Origin: Eubacteriales bacterium
GTDB lineage: Bacteria > Bacillota > Clostridia > Christensenellales > CAG-138
Direction of reading: 5' to 3'
DNA: 64,000 nt
Assembly: GCA_035446965.1 (NCBI GenBank)
Contig: DAOTGE010000005.1
Coordinates: forward strand, 7,116-71,115
In this document: piece after piece, positions 25,975-34,948 of the stretch
Position numbering within the stretch: position 1 is the stretch's first letter
How the letters are laid out: every line of letters starts with the position of its first letter
The notes under the pieces: model-generated
Seen by the model: only the letters and a program-made list of their open reading frames with translations
What the model was told of the DNA's origin: nothing
Databases searched by the model: none
Position numbers and translations under genes: made by a program

Positions 25975-26619
25975 TCAGCGCTTGTAATCGAGGATTAAAA
26001 GCCTGCTGCTGCCGAGGTTTTCCCTCGTCAGCGAACAGGTGTTGGCGTTGAGCTGGTGCACGCTTCGTTTGGCGTTTGCCTGCAGCAGGGGCTCCAGCCC
26101 GTCCACATCGAAATGCAGCGCGGGTGTTTTGTAGTGCATGGGGATAAATACACGCGGATTGAGTTTTTCCGCAATGGCGCTGGCAAGACGGTGATCGATC
26201 GTAAATTTACCGCCGATGGGCGCAAAGAGGATGTCCACCGGGCCGATGGCGACCGCCATGTTGTCGTCGAGCATGTGCCCGAGGTCGCCAAGGTGCAGCA
26301 AAACGAGCCCGTCCATCCAATAGCGGAAGACGATGTTCGGCCCGCGCTGCGCGCCCTGCTGGTTATCGTGGAATGTGGCGAAGCCCGTAACGGGAATTTC
26401 ACCTGCCATATGCTCGCCGGGCGTGCGGATCACAAGCGGAGACCCGGCCACGCTGGAAAGACAGTTGTGGTCAAAATGGTCGTGGCTGACCGTGACCGCG
26501 TCGCAGGGAATGTCATGCAGCGCGTATCCGGTCTCCTTGTCGCAGGGATCGGTCAGAATCGAATAACCGTTTTCCGCGGTCAGCAGAAAACAGGAGTGTC
26601 CGTACCAGGTGATTTGCAT
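25975..26619 (-). CDS. MBL-fold metal-dependent hydrolase (UPF0173-like)
   Basis: MQITWYGHSCFLL and SHDHFDHN motifs. AAAGGAGGAAACGTT precedes ATG 26619. The ORF-track start at 26673 was rejected. Confidence 0.85.
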   Translation of the reverse strand: MQITWYGHSCFLLTAENGYSILTDPCDKETGYALHDIPCDAVTVSHDHFDHNCLSSVAGSPLVIRTPGEHMAGEIPVTGFATFHDNQQGAQRGPNIVFRYWMDGLVLLHLGDLGHMLDDNMAVAIGPVDILFAPIGGKFTIDHRLASAIAEKLNPRVFIPMHYKTPALHFDVDGLEPLLQANAKRSVHQLNANTCSLTRENLGSSRLLILDYKR

Positions 26620-26830
26620 AACGTTTCCTCCTTTACCGGAAAGTTTCAAACTTTTGCAGACGCAGGATAACATAAATGCGCGGCTGCCGCCGCGTCGCGT
26701 TTAAACGGAATGCTGCAGTGAAATAAAAAAACTGTCGTGCGAAGCCGAGATGCACCGGCGGAGCGGTACGCCGCGCCGTTGACGGTTTCACAAATTATAC
26801 TACAACGTCCGCAAAAAGCAAGCGTTCGGT

Positions 26831-27427
26831 TCAAAAAGCGGCTTTCGGCGTATCCGGGCGCCCGGACAAACGGCTGTGCGCAGCCGCCGAAAGCAGGCGT
26901 GCGCAGGCGCCGCCCAGCGCGCCGCATGTTTCGGCCAGGGCGGGGCGTTCGCGCGGCGGAACGGAATGCAGCATGTTTTCCGCTGCGCGCGCGGCACGGG
27001 CATAAGCCGCGCCGCTCTGATGCGCAAGGACGCAAAGAAGCAGCGCACGCTGCGGCGCGGAAACGCGCGGACACCCGCCGCCGCCGTGCCGCGACAAAAC
27101 GAGCATGCGGTTTATGGCGTGGTCCTGCGCGGCGCAGTCCGCCGCGGGCAGCGTTTCGAGCGCACGCAGCACAAGCGCATCGTAAAATGCGGCGGAAAAG
27201 TCGAACAGCATCCAGCCGCCGGCCATGCGCGTGTCCTGCAGCAGCGGCGCGCCGTGGAATTCGGCGGTGTGCGCGCAGGAAGCGCCCGTCCCCGAAGGCG
27301 GCCGCAGGCTAGCCGCCGCGTGCCGGGCGGGGATGCAAAACGACGCGGCGGACGGATGCGTCCCGTCCGAAAAGACGACGGATGCAGAGAGTGCGGAGCG
27401 AATTTCGTTTTCAAGCGTCTGGCTCAT
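26831..27427 (-). CDS. Ala-rich hypothetical protein, possibly related to ArgRS accessory domains (N-terminal add-on plus DALR-like helices) without a catalytic core
   Basis: 198 aa from Met117 of ORF 26831..27775. No SD, but TTGACA-17-TACACT-6-ATG lies directly upstream. GGWMLFDFSAAFYDALV recalls the GPGFINFxL end of the ArgRS N-domain (from memory only). Confidence 0.45.
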   Translation of the reverse strand: MSQTLENEIRSALSASVVFSDGTHPSAASFCIPARHAAASLRPPSGTGASCAHTAEFHGAPLLQDTRMAGGWMLFDFSAAFYDALVLRALETLPAADCAAQDHAINRMLVLSRHGGGGCPRVSAPQRALLLCVLAHQSGAAYARAARAAENMLHSVPPRERPALAETCGALGGACARLLSAAAHSRLSGRPDTPKAAF

Positions 27428-27433
27428 ATTGAA

Positions 27434-27462
27434 AGTGTAGTTCCGGCAGGCGGCCGTGTCAA
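27434..27462 (-). promoter_or_regulatory. Promoter placing the transcription start at or next to ATG 27427 (leaderless candidate)
   Basis: Read from the ORF-track codons att gac acg gcc gcc tgc cgg aac tac act ttc aat ATG. This gives TTGACA, a 17-nt spacer, TACACT, then a 6-nt gap to the ATG. Confidence 0.5.
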
Positions 27463-27667
27463 TTCCGCGTATGCAGGAGCGGCGCACAACGCCCCGGATC
27501 GGACGGAAATGAAAAATTCCTGTGCCGCGGCGAAATTTTGCGTATCCTATGATATAATGTCTGCGTCCGGCGGCAAAAGGCGGTTTGTGTTGTTTACTGC
27601 AAAGAACAAACGGGTTTTCGCCGGGCGGGACCAAAGGGGAAACGACCACACCGGAAAGGGGGACGCA

Positions 27668-28012
27668 ATGGCGAACAAACAACTGCGCTGTCTGGTCACG
27701 GTTCGGATTTTCGGCGAAGACAAATGCTTCGGGCCGGGCGTTGCGGACTTGCTCGAACGCGTCGACCGGCTGCACTCGCTGCGAAAGGCGACGATGGAGA
27801 TGGGTATGGCGTACAGCAAGGCATGGCGGATTGTGAAAGTTGCGGAAGAAAACCTAGGGTTTCCGCTGCTCAATTCCGTTACGGGCGGCAAAGGCGGCGG
27901 CGGCGCGGAACTCACGCCGGATGCGAAGCGTTTCCTATTATCATACCGAAAGTTCGAGCAGTCGGTCCGGCAGTATGCCGACGAGGCGTTTGTGGAGATT
28001 ATGGGCGGCTGA
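27668..28012 (+). CDS. ModE N-terminal-like winged-helix regulator (LysR-type HTH, no Mop domains)
   Basis: 114 aa. LRKATMEMGMAYSKAWRIVKVAEENLGFPLL...GGKGGGGAELTPDAKRFL. AAAGGGGGA SD. Confidence 0.75.
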   Translation: MANKQLRCLVTVRIFGEDKCFGPGVADLLERVDRLHSLRKATMEMGMAYSKAWRIVKVAEENLGFPLLNSVTGGKGGGGAELTPDAKRFLLSYRKFEQSVRQYADEAFVEIMGG

Positions 28013-28078
28013 ACGCCGGGACACGGTGCACAGGAAAAAGTGCGCGTGCAAATTTTTGAAGCAAGGAGCATAACGACG

Positions 28079-28903
28079 ATGCATTTTACAAAGGTTCACG
28101 GACTCGGCAACGATTTCATCCTTTTGGACGGCAGGACGCGGCAGCTGGATTACCAAAAGATCGCGCCGGCGCTCTGCCATCGCCAGACCGGCATCGGTGC
28201 GGACGGGCTTCTGATCGTTCTCGGCAGCGATAAGGCGGACGTACGTATGCGCGTTATCAACTCCGACGGGAGCGAACCGGAGATGTGCGGCAACGGCATC
28301 CGCTGTTTTGCGAAGTATGTTTACGAGCGCGGAATCGTAAAGAAGACCGAGTTTGCCGTGGAGACGCTCGCGGGGGTCATGAAACCGAAGCTTGTGCTCA
28401 AAGGCGGCGCGGTGGCCGGCGTTACGGTCGACATGGGCGAGCCGTTTCTGGAATGCAAGCAGGTTCCGGTGCTCGGCGAAGGAATGTGCATCGACCGCGA
28501 ACTGACCGTGAACGGACAGGCGCTGCGCTACACGAGCGTGCTCACCGGCGTGCCGCATACGACCGTTTTCGTGGACGACCCGACCGATCGGAAATGGATG
28601 GGCATGGGCTGGGACGTTGAACACGCGGACGTGTTCCCGAACCGCACAAACGTCGATTTTGTGCGCGTGATCGACGATCACACCATCGAACTGCGGACGT
28701 TCGAGCGCGGCTGCGGACCGACGCTTGCCTGCGGCACCGGTGCGTGCGGCGCGGCGGTAGCCTGCGTCCTCAACAAAAAGACCGGGCGCGGCGTGGACGT
28801 GCAAATCGAGCTCGGCACACTGCATATCGACTGGGCGGAGGATAACCATGTTTACATGACCGGCCCCGCCGAGATCGTCTTCGAGGGCGAAATCGAAATT
28901 TAA
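28079..28903 (+). CDS. dapF: Diaminopimelate epimerase
   Basis: MHFTKVHGLGNDFILLD, with CGNGIRCFAKY and ACGTGACGAAV (the two catalytic Cys). AAGGAG SD. Confidence 0.92.
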   Translation: MHFTKVHGLGNDFILLDGRTRQLDYQKIAPALCHRQTGIGADGLLIVLGSDKADVRMRVINSDGSEPEMCGNGIRCFAKYVYERGIVKKTEFAVETLAGVMKPKLVLKGGAVAGVTVDMGEPFLECKQVPVLGEGMCIDRELTVNGQALRYTSVLTGVPHTTVFVDDPTDRKWMGMGWDVEHADVFPNRTNVDFVRVIDDHTIELRTFERGCGPTLACGTGACGAAVACVLNKKTGRGVDVQIELGTLHIDWAEDNHVYMTGPAEIVFEGEIEI

Positions 28904-28918
28904 CCCGAAAGTGGTCTG

Positions 28919-28947
28919 AAAAAGCGGCTTTAACGCCGCTTTTTTTG
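28919..28947 (+). terminator. Rho-independent terminator after dapF
   Basis: AGCGGC-TTTAAC-GCCGCT followed by a T7 run. Confidence 0.8.
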
Positions 28948-29091
28948 TATCAAAAGTTCGTTTTACTCCGATGCGGGCTGATTTCTTCCTTCGGCCATTG
29001 CGCGGGCGCGGTCGGTGTGGTACGCTGTTTGAAACAATCGTTTCTTAATTATCTGATATCAGCTGTTTTCAAATCATATCGAGGGGATGGA

Positions 29092-30930
29092 ATGAACTCT
29101 ATGGAAGCAAACGATACCGTCGGCTCCGTTGCGCCGTCCGCCGCCGAAGCGGAAGCGCTGCGCCAAAAAACGTTTAATCGAAACAAGTGGTTCTTTTCAA
29201 CCAGCGGCATCGGGCGCGATATGTCCTATGCGCTGATCGATTCGTTCCTGCTGGTCTATATCCAGTTCGGGGTTTCGCTCACACTCGCGCAGTTCACCGC
29301 GCTGAGCCTGATCATCGGCGTGGGCGGCCGCGTCTGGGACGCGCTCAACGATCCGCTGATGGGTGCGATCGTCGACGGCTCGCACTTAAGGTGGGGCAAG
29401 TTCCGCCCTTGGATCCTGCTTGGCGCAATCCTCTGCGGCTCGGTCATCATCACGATGTTCAACGTGCAGAGTGTTACCGGCTGGCGGTTCGTGGTGTTTA
29501 TGACCATCATGTATCTGCTGTGGGAATCGACGTTCACCATGAACGATATCGGCTACTGGTCGATGCTGCCGAGCCTTTCGAGCGTAAAGAAAGAGCGCGA
29601 CTCCGTCACCACGCTGACGGTGCTCTTTGCGGGCGTCGGCGCGATCATCGCGCAGGGCATCATCCCGCAGGTGACCGTCGGCGACATGCGCGCGGGCTAC
29701 CGCCTTGTTGCAATCGTAATCGCCGCAGTATTTATCGGCAGCCAGGTCATGACGTTCTTCTGCGTCAAGGAAACGCCGCGCGCAAAGGTGGAGATGGAGG
29801 AGAACATCTCGCTCAAGCGCATGTGGAAAACGATCATAAAGAACGACCAGCTGCTCTGGATGACGCTTTCCATGCTCTTTTACAACGTCGGCAGCACGAT
29901 GCTCATCGGTCTTGCGGCCAACCTGCTGTACATGGAGATCGGCTACAACGGCACGCTCTATTTCTACGTTGTGGTCGCTTACGGCGTTACGATGGTGGCC
30001 GTCAACGCGCTCTACCCCTGGGTGGTAAGCAAACTAGGACGCAGGAAACTGCAGAACGTGAGCATTACGACGGCGATCATCGGTTATCTGGTCGTCGCCG
30101 CGATGGGCTGGGTGAGCTTCTTCCCGTTCAATATCTGGATGCTGTGTCTCTTCTGCATGCTGATTTCGGCAGGGCAGTCGCTCTTCTATATGGCGTCCAT
30201 CATCAACATGACCAACTGCGTGGAATACAACGACTACAAATACGGCGAGCGCAGCGAGGCGGTCGTTTCCACGCTCCGCCCGTTTATGGCAAAGTTCGGC
30301 TCGGCGATGCATACGCTGCTGATTACGCTGGTGCTTGCGGTGTCCGGGACGTTTCTTCTGAGCCAGTCGATCAGCACGCTGGAAACGCAGCGCGACTTCT
30401 TCGACCAGCAGAACGGGACGGCGCAGATCTACTATATTACGCAGATGCAGCGCTATCTGGATGAATTCGCCGGGCTGGAAAACGGCACGGCGGAATACGA
30501 CGCGGCCGCCGAACAGGCGTCCGCCGAGATCGCCGCGGACAGCGCAATGAACACGTATCAGATCGACGTTTCTTATGTGCCCGCGCTGGCAAACGCGATG
30601 ATCGTCAAGGAAACGGCGGACGGGGAGACGGTTGAACTCGGGCGCCTCGACACACTGGACACGGGTTTGATTACGGACGACGGAAGCACGTATTCGCTTG
30701 TGATCGACGACCTCAAGAGCGGGCAGGAGAGCGCGGCGAACCTCAGTTTCCGCGACCGCAGCACGACGACGATGCGCGTTTGGGTGCGCGTTGCGGTCAC
30801 AATCGTGCCGATCGTGCTGCTGCTTGCGGCGCTCTATACACAGAAAAAGAAATTTGTCATCGACGAGGAATATTACGATAACATGATCGCCGAAATCGAC
30901 CGCCGCAAGGAGGAGGGCGCGGAGTCGTAA
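29092..30930 (+). CDS. GPH (glycoside-pentoside-hexuronide):cation symporter family transporter with a ~130-aa soluble insertion and an extra C-terminal TM
   Basis: Met50 of ORF 28945..30930. FSTSGIGRDMSYALIDSFLLVY is a GPH-type N-terminus. After the 12-TM core comes QSISTLETQRDFF...SFRDRSTTT, then the TM VWVRVAVTIVPIVLLLAALY. Confidence 0.75.
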   Translation: MNSMEANDTVGSVAPSAAEAEALRQKTFNRNKWFFSTSGIGRDMSYALIDSFLLVYIQFGVSLTLAQFTALSLIIGVGGRVWDALNDPLMGAIVDGSHLRWGKFRPWILLGAILCGSVIITMFNVQSVTGWRFVVFMTIMYLLWESTFTMNDIGYWSMLPSLSSVKKERDSVTTLTVLFAGVGAIIAQGIIPQVTVGDMRAGYRLVAIVIAAVFIGSQVMTFFCVKETPRAKVEMEENISLKRMWKTIIKNDQLLWMTLSMLFYNVGSTMLIGLAANLLYMEIGYNGTLYFYVVVAYGVTMVAVNALYPWVVSKLGRRKLQNVSITTAIIGYLVVAAMGWVSFFPFNIWMLCLFCMLISAGQSLFYMASIINMTNCVEYNDYKYGERSEAVVSTLRPFMAKFGSAMHTLLITLVLAVSGTFLLSQSISTLETQRDFFDQQNGTAQIYYITQMQRYLDEFAGLENGTAEYDAAAEQASAEIAADSAMNTYQIDVSYVPALANAMIVKETADGETVELGRLDTLDTGLITDDGSTYSLVIDDLKSGQESAANLSFRDRSTTTMRVWVRVAVTIVPIVLLLAALYTQKKKFVIDEEYYDNMIAEIDRRKEEGAES

Positions 30931-31149
30931 CTCCATACGCTCCGTGCAAGGCAAACGCGCCGGGAGAAATCCCGGCGCGTGAACTTATCAGAAAATCCTG
31001 AGGATTCGTTACGGTTGCAATTTCAACTTGTTTTTCGACCGCGGCATGCCCTGCGTGTCCGCGGGGAAACGGCTTCCCTCGTCAAAAAGCTGTTGATTGA
31101 CGGTTGCGAGCGGCCTTTGGTCACCCCGTTTTGCCGACAGAGCCGCACG

Positions 31150-31908
31150 TTACCATTCGGACGCTTCCGGGAAGCAGTGCATGTGCGTCGGCGAAAGCGC
31201 GCGGTAGCCTTCGCTCAGGCCTTTCCATGTGCGCAGGGAAAAGCGGACGGAGCGCAGCTTGAAATACATGCAGATATCCTCGATCGTCTTTTCATCGAAC
31301 TGGCTTTTGTGCTCCATCAGCGCTTCTTTGCGCGTGGCAAACGTTTTTTTCACCGGGACGTAAACGTTCGGCTTGTCGGTGTAGTAAAACGCAAGTCCCT
31401 TTACGCTGTGGCTGCCGGAAGCGCCGATGCTCTGCATCACGCTTTCAAACGGCGCCATGTTCATGGACATTTTGGCCGCAAGGCCGGTTTTAATGTGGTC
31501 CATGTGGCATTCGCTGATCACGTTCGGGTCGGGCGCGAACACAAGGTCCGGCTTGAGGCGGACGATCTGCTTTGCAAGCTCGCCTGCCGCGTCCTCCGCG
31601 GCGTACATCGCGCCGTCGTGAAACGGGAGGAACGTAACGTCCGTAACGCCGAGCAGCTTTGCCGAGGCGAGCGCTTCTTTTTTGCGGATTTCGACCAGTT
31701 CGTCGCCGTAGAGCGCCGGATCGGCCGCGCCCATGCATCCGTCGGTCAAAATCACGAACGAAACGTGTTTTCCGGCGTTTGTCAGCGCTTTGACGGTCGG
31801 CGCGCAGGCGACCTCGATGTCGTCCGGGTGCGGGCCGATGAAAAGATACCGTTCAAAAGCCATGGGCTTGGGCAGCGGGGCGACGTGCTTGAGTATGGCG
31901 CGAAACAT
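31150..31908 (-). CDS. PIG-L/LmbE family N-acetylglucosaminyl deacetylase
   Basis: Met100 of ORF 31150..32205, preceded by GGAGGAACCGCC. GPHPDDIEVACAPT and ECHMDH motifs. Confidence 0.8.
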   Translation of the reverse strand: MFRAILKHVAPLPKPMAFERYLFIGPHPDDIEVACAPTVKALTNAGKHVSFVILTDGCMGAADPALYGDELVEIRKKEALASAKLLGVTDVTFLPFHDGAMYAAEDAAGELAKQIVRLKPDLVFAPDPNVISECHMDHIKTGLAAKMSMNMAPFESVMQSIGASGSHSVKGLAFYYTDKPNVYVPVKKTFATRKEALMEHKSQFDEKTIEDICMYFKLRSVRFSLRTWKGLSEGYRALSPTHMHCFPEASEW

Positions 31909-32009
31909 GGCGGTTCCTCCGATTTGATTGTTATTTTGTAATTTTCCGATAGAATCAGTATACCACGCCGCGGACAAAGCGGCGGTGCAAAAAGATACTG
32001 GAGGTAAAA

Positions 32010-33581
32010 ATGCCGGTACCGGACGTAAAACAAATGCAAAGGGCAGAAGAAACTGCGGGCGCGCTGCCCGCCGCGTTTGCGCTCGACCCGGCGCTGAAGC
32101 TCGCGCAGGAAGGAATCGCCGCCATGCTCGGCTTCGGCGGAGCGGCGGAGGGAAGCGATATCCGGCTGCATTTTGCAAAGGACGATTCACTCGGCGAGCA
32201 GGCATACCGCATCCGGGCCGAAACGGACAAAATCTCCGTGGAAGCGGGCGGGGAAGCCGCGGCGGTCCACGCGGCGGCCGCGTTGAAACAGCTTTCGCTG
32301 GAACACGGCGGAGCCGTGCCCGTGTGCGAAATTGCGGACGAGCCGCGTTTTGGCTGGCGCGGGGTTTCCATGGACGTATGCAGGCACTTTTTCCCGCTGG
32401 AAGCGCTGAAAAAACTTGCGGACCTCATGGCGTTTTACCGCATGAACCGGCTGCATCTGCATCTTTCGGACGACCAGGGCTTTCGCTTTGAGAGCGAGCG
32501 CTTCCCCAAACTGAACGAGGTCGGCTCGTTCCGGGACAGCACGCTGGTCAAAAAGGACGGGGTGAAACGGCAGGACGGCGTGCCGCACGGCGGATACTAC
32601 ACCAAAGCGGAACTGCGCGAACTCGTGTGTTTCTGCAAGGCGCGCGGGATTGACATCGTGCCCGAACTGGATATGCCGGGACACGCGCTGGCGATGATTG
32701 CGTCCTATCCGGAGCTGGCCTGCTTTCCGAATGAAAACGGGGAAGTCGGAGTCGCCACGAGCTTTGGCGTGAGCGAGTTTTCAAAAATTCTGCTCTGCGC
32801 GGGGAAAGGGGAAACGTTTGCGTTCCTTTTTGCGCTGCTGGACGAACTCATGGACGTGTTTCCGTTTGAATTTATACATCTCGGCGGGGATGAGGCGGTC
32901 AAGGAAAACTGGAAACGGTGCCCCGCCTGTCAGGCGATTTTGCGCGAACAGGGGCTTGGCAGCGAACGGGACCTGCAGGGGTGGTTCCTCAACCGTGTAA
33001 AAGGGTATCTTAAAGAAAAAGGCAGGAAGGCGATCGTCTGGAACGACGGGCTTTGCAGGACGCTGGAAAACGACGCGGCCTGCCAGTATTGGGTGCCGTT
33101 TTCCAACGGCGGCGCGCGCAAAACCGCCGCATGGGTCAACGGCGGCGGGAGTATGATTGCAAGCGACTTTCTGCATCTGTACTTCGACTACCCGTATTCC
33201 GCCATTCCGCTGGAAAAGACGTTTCGTTACGAACCGGTTTTGCACGGAATCAAAAAAGAACGGCAAAGCGCCGTGCTCGGCGCGGAGTGCGCCGTCTGGA
33301 CGGAGTGGATCGACAGCGAGGGAAAGCTCTTTTTCAACGTTTTGCCGCGGCTGGCCGCGGCGGCGGAGGCGATGTGGCGCGAAAAACCGCGCGGCTACAA
33401 GGCCTTTTTAGCCGACCTGCAGCCGCATTATGCACTGTATGAGCGGCTTGGGCTGAACTATGCAAAAGACGCGGAACGCAAAGAGCCGTTTTGCCGGCGT
33501 GTTAGAAAGGCCGCGCAGTATCTGCTGCGCGATACGCATGCCGAACTGACCGAAAAAGGATGCGGTGACACGGGCGGTTGA
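32010..33581 (+). CDS. GH20 beta-N-acetylhexosaminidase
   Basis: RFGWRGVSMDVCRHF, HLHLSDDQGFR, VPELDMPGH and HLGGDE motifs. GGAGGTAAAA ATG. Confidence 0.88.
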   Translation: MPVPDVKQMQRAEETAGALPAAFALDPALKLAQEGIAAMLGFGGAAEGSDIRLHFAKDDSLGEQAYRIRAETDKISVEAGGEAAAVHAAAALKQLSLEHGGAVPVCEIADEPRFGWRGVSMDVCRHFFPLEALKKLADLMAFYRMNRLHLHLSDDQGFRFESERFPKLNEVGSFRDSTLVKKDGVKRQDGVPHGGYYTKAELRELVCFCKARGIDIVPELDMPGHALAMIASYPELACFPNENGEVGVATSFGVSEFSKILLCAGKGETFAFLFALLDELMDVFPFEFIHLGGDEAVKENWKRCPACQAILREQGLGSERDLQGWFLNRVKGYLKEKGRKAIVWNDGLCRTLENDAACQYWVPFSNGGARKTAAWVNGGGSMIASDFLHLYFDYPYSAIPLEKTFRYEPVLHGIKKERQSAVLGAECAVWTEWIDSEGKLFFNVLPRLAAAAEAMWREKPRGYKAFLADLQPHYALYERLGLNYAKDAERKEPFCRRVRKAAQYLLRDTHAELTEKGCGDTGG

Positions 33582-33657
33582 CGGCTCTGCTATAATGAAT
33601 TTAAACGGGCGGCCGACGCCCGGGCTGCGAACAAAACAGACACGGAGGGAACTGACG

Positions 33658-34182
33658 ATGAACGAAGTATTGCAATCGCTGAAAACGCGCCGTTCCGTGC
33701 GCGCATATCTGCCCAAACAGGTGGAAAAGGAACTGCTCGATCAGGTTCTTGAGGCGGGGACGTACGCGCCGACCGGCAGCGACCGGCAGTCGCCGGTGAT
33801 TGTCGCCGTGCAGGACCCGGCGACTGTGAAGCAGCTTTCCAGGCTGAACGTCGCGGTGCTCGGCGGCAGCGGCGACCCGTTTTACGGTGCGCCGACGGTG
33901 CTGGTCGTGCTTGCGGACAAGGCGAAGAGCAAAAACACCTATCTGCTCGACGGCGCGGCGGTTTTAACCACGCTGGCAAACGCGGCGCATGCGCTCGGCC
34001 TTTCGTCCTGCTGGATTCATCGCGCGAAAGAAACGTTTGAAAGCGAGGAAGGCAAGGCGCTGCTCAGAAAATGGGGGATCGAGGGCGATTACGTCGGCGT
34101 GGGCAACCTTGTGCTCGGTTATGCGGCAAGGGAACCCGGTGAAGCGTCGCCGCGCAAAAAGGACTATATCGTCCGCGTATAG
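33658..34182 (+). CDS. Nitroreductase family protein
   Basis: Met32 of ORF 33565..34182. LKTRRSVRAY and GTYAPTGSDRQ. 174 aa. Confidence 0.85.
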   Translation: MNEVLQSLKTRRSVRAYLPKQVEKELLDQVLEAGTYAPTGSDRQSPVIVAVQDPATVKQLSRLNVAVLGGSGDPFYGAPTVLVVLADKAKSKNTYLLDGAAVLTTLANAAHALGLSSCWIHRAKETFESEEGKALLRKWGIEGDYVGVGNLVLGYAAREPGEASPRKKDYIVRV

Positions 34183-34201
34183 CGCCGCGGTCATTTAAGA
34201 A

Positions 34202-34732
34202 ATGGAACTCGAAAAATACCTCAAGCGCAAGGACGCCGCGTTTGCGTATGCGGACGCGGCGCAGGTCGTGTTCGACCCGTCTTTTCGTGCGCTCTGTGAA
34301 CGCAACGCCTGCGGATATTACGGGAAATGCTGGATGTGCCCGCCGGACGTGGGGCCGGTCGGCGAACTGATTGAAAAAGCGAAATCCTACCGGCGGGTGC
34401 TGGTGTTTCAAAGTGTACACAAAATCGAAGATTCGTTCGATATCGAGGGTATGCATGAAGCGGCCGTGCGGCATAACCGCCTTGCACGCGGCGTACGCAA
34501 AACGCTTCAAAAGAACGGACGCGCGGACTGTCTCGTCCTTGGCGCGGGTGCGTGCGGCGGATGCAGAACATGCGCAAAGCAAAAAGGCGAACCCTGCCGC
34601 TCGCCCGAAAAAGCGGTGATTTCGCTGGAAGCCTGCGGCGTGGACGCCGCCGCGCTCATGAAGCTCGCCGGGCTGCAATCCGGCGGCGGCGAAAACATGG
34701 TCGTGTATCTTGGCGCCGTGTTTTTCAACTGA
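34202..34732 (+). CDS. DUF2284-like metal-binding protein
   Basis: CERNACGYYGKCWMCPP and CGGCRTC cysteine motifs. 176 aa. Confidence 0.65.
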   Translation: MELEKYLKRKDAAFAYADAAQVVFDPSFRALCERNACGYYGKCWMCPPDVGPVGELIEKAKSYRRVLVFQSVHKIEDSFDIEGMHEAAVRHNRLARGVRKTLQKNGRADCLVLGAGACGGCRTCAKQKGEPCRSPEKAVISLEACGVDAAALMKLAGLQSGGGENMVVYLGAVFFN

Positions 34733-34948
34733 ATACCGGAACAAACCGGGTTTCCGCTTTTATGCGGCGGCCCGGTTTTTCACGCCGGCGGCGGATTGTT
34801 TCCATGAAAGTGGATTTTTGCGTATCGCCGCCGGTCAAAAGACGGTCTTTGCGGAGCTGGCGGTAAAACCGCTGCTTCTGTTCAATTTGGCGGAAATGTG
34901 GTATTCTATACGCAACATTCAAATACTGCGAAACGGAGGGGGCATAAC

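Noticed and set aside
26737-27312. Plus-strand 191-aa ORF and several other overlapping ORFs (26646..27074, 26800..27048, 27112..27414) in the very GC-rich stretch.
   Set aside because: The translations are dominated by Arg/Ala/Pro runs (for example RRRRPARRMFRPGRGVRAAERNAA) with no start-site signals. The minus-strand frame starting at 27427 is the only one with a promoter-like context and helical periodicity.
31085-31149. CGTCAAAAAGCTGTTGATTGACGG...CCTTTGG...GTTTTGCCGACAGAGC resembles the 5' hairpin and 3' end of the repeat family, so it could be a decayed or internally deleted fifth copy.
   Set aside because: Identity is only about two thirds by eye over short segments, and no duplicated flanking hairpin is present. 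The evidence is too weak to call without an alignment score.
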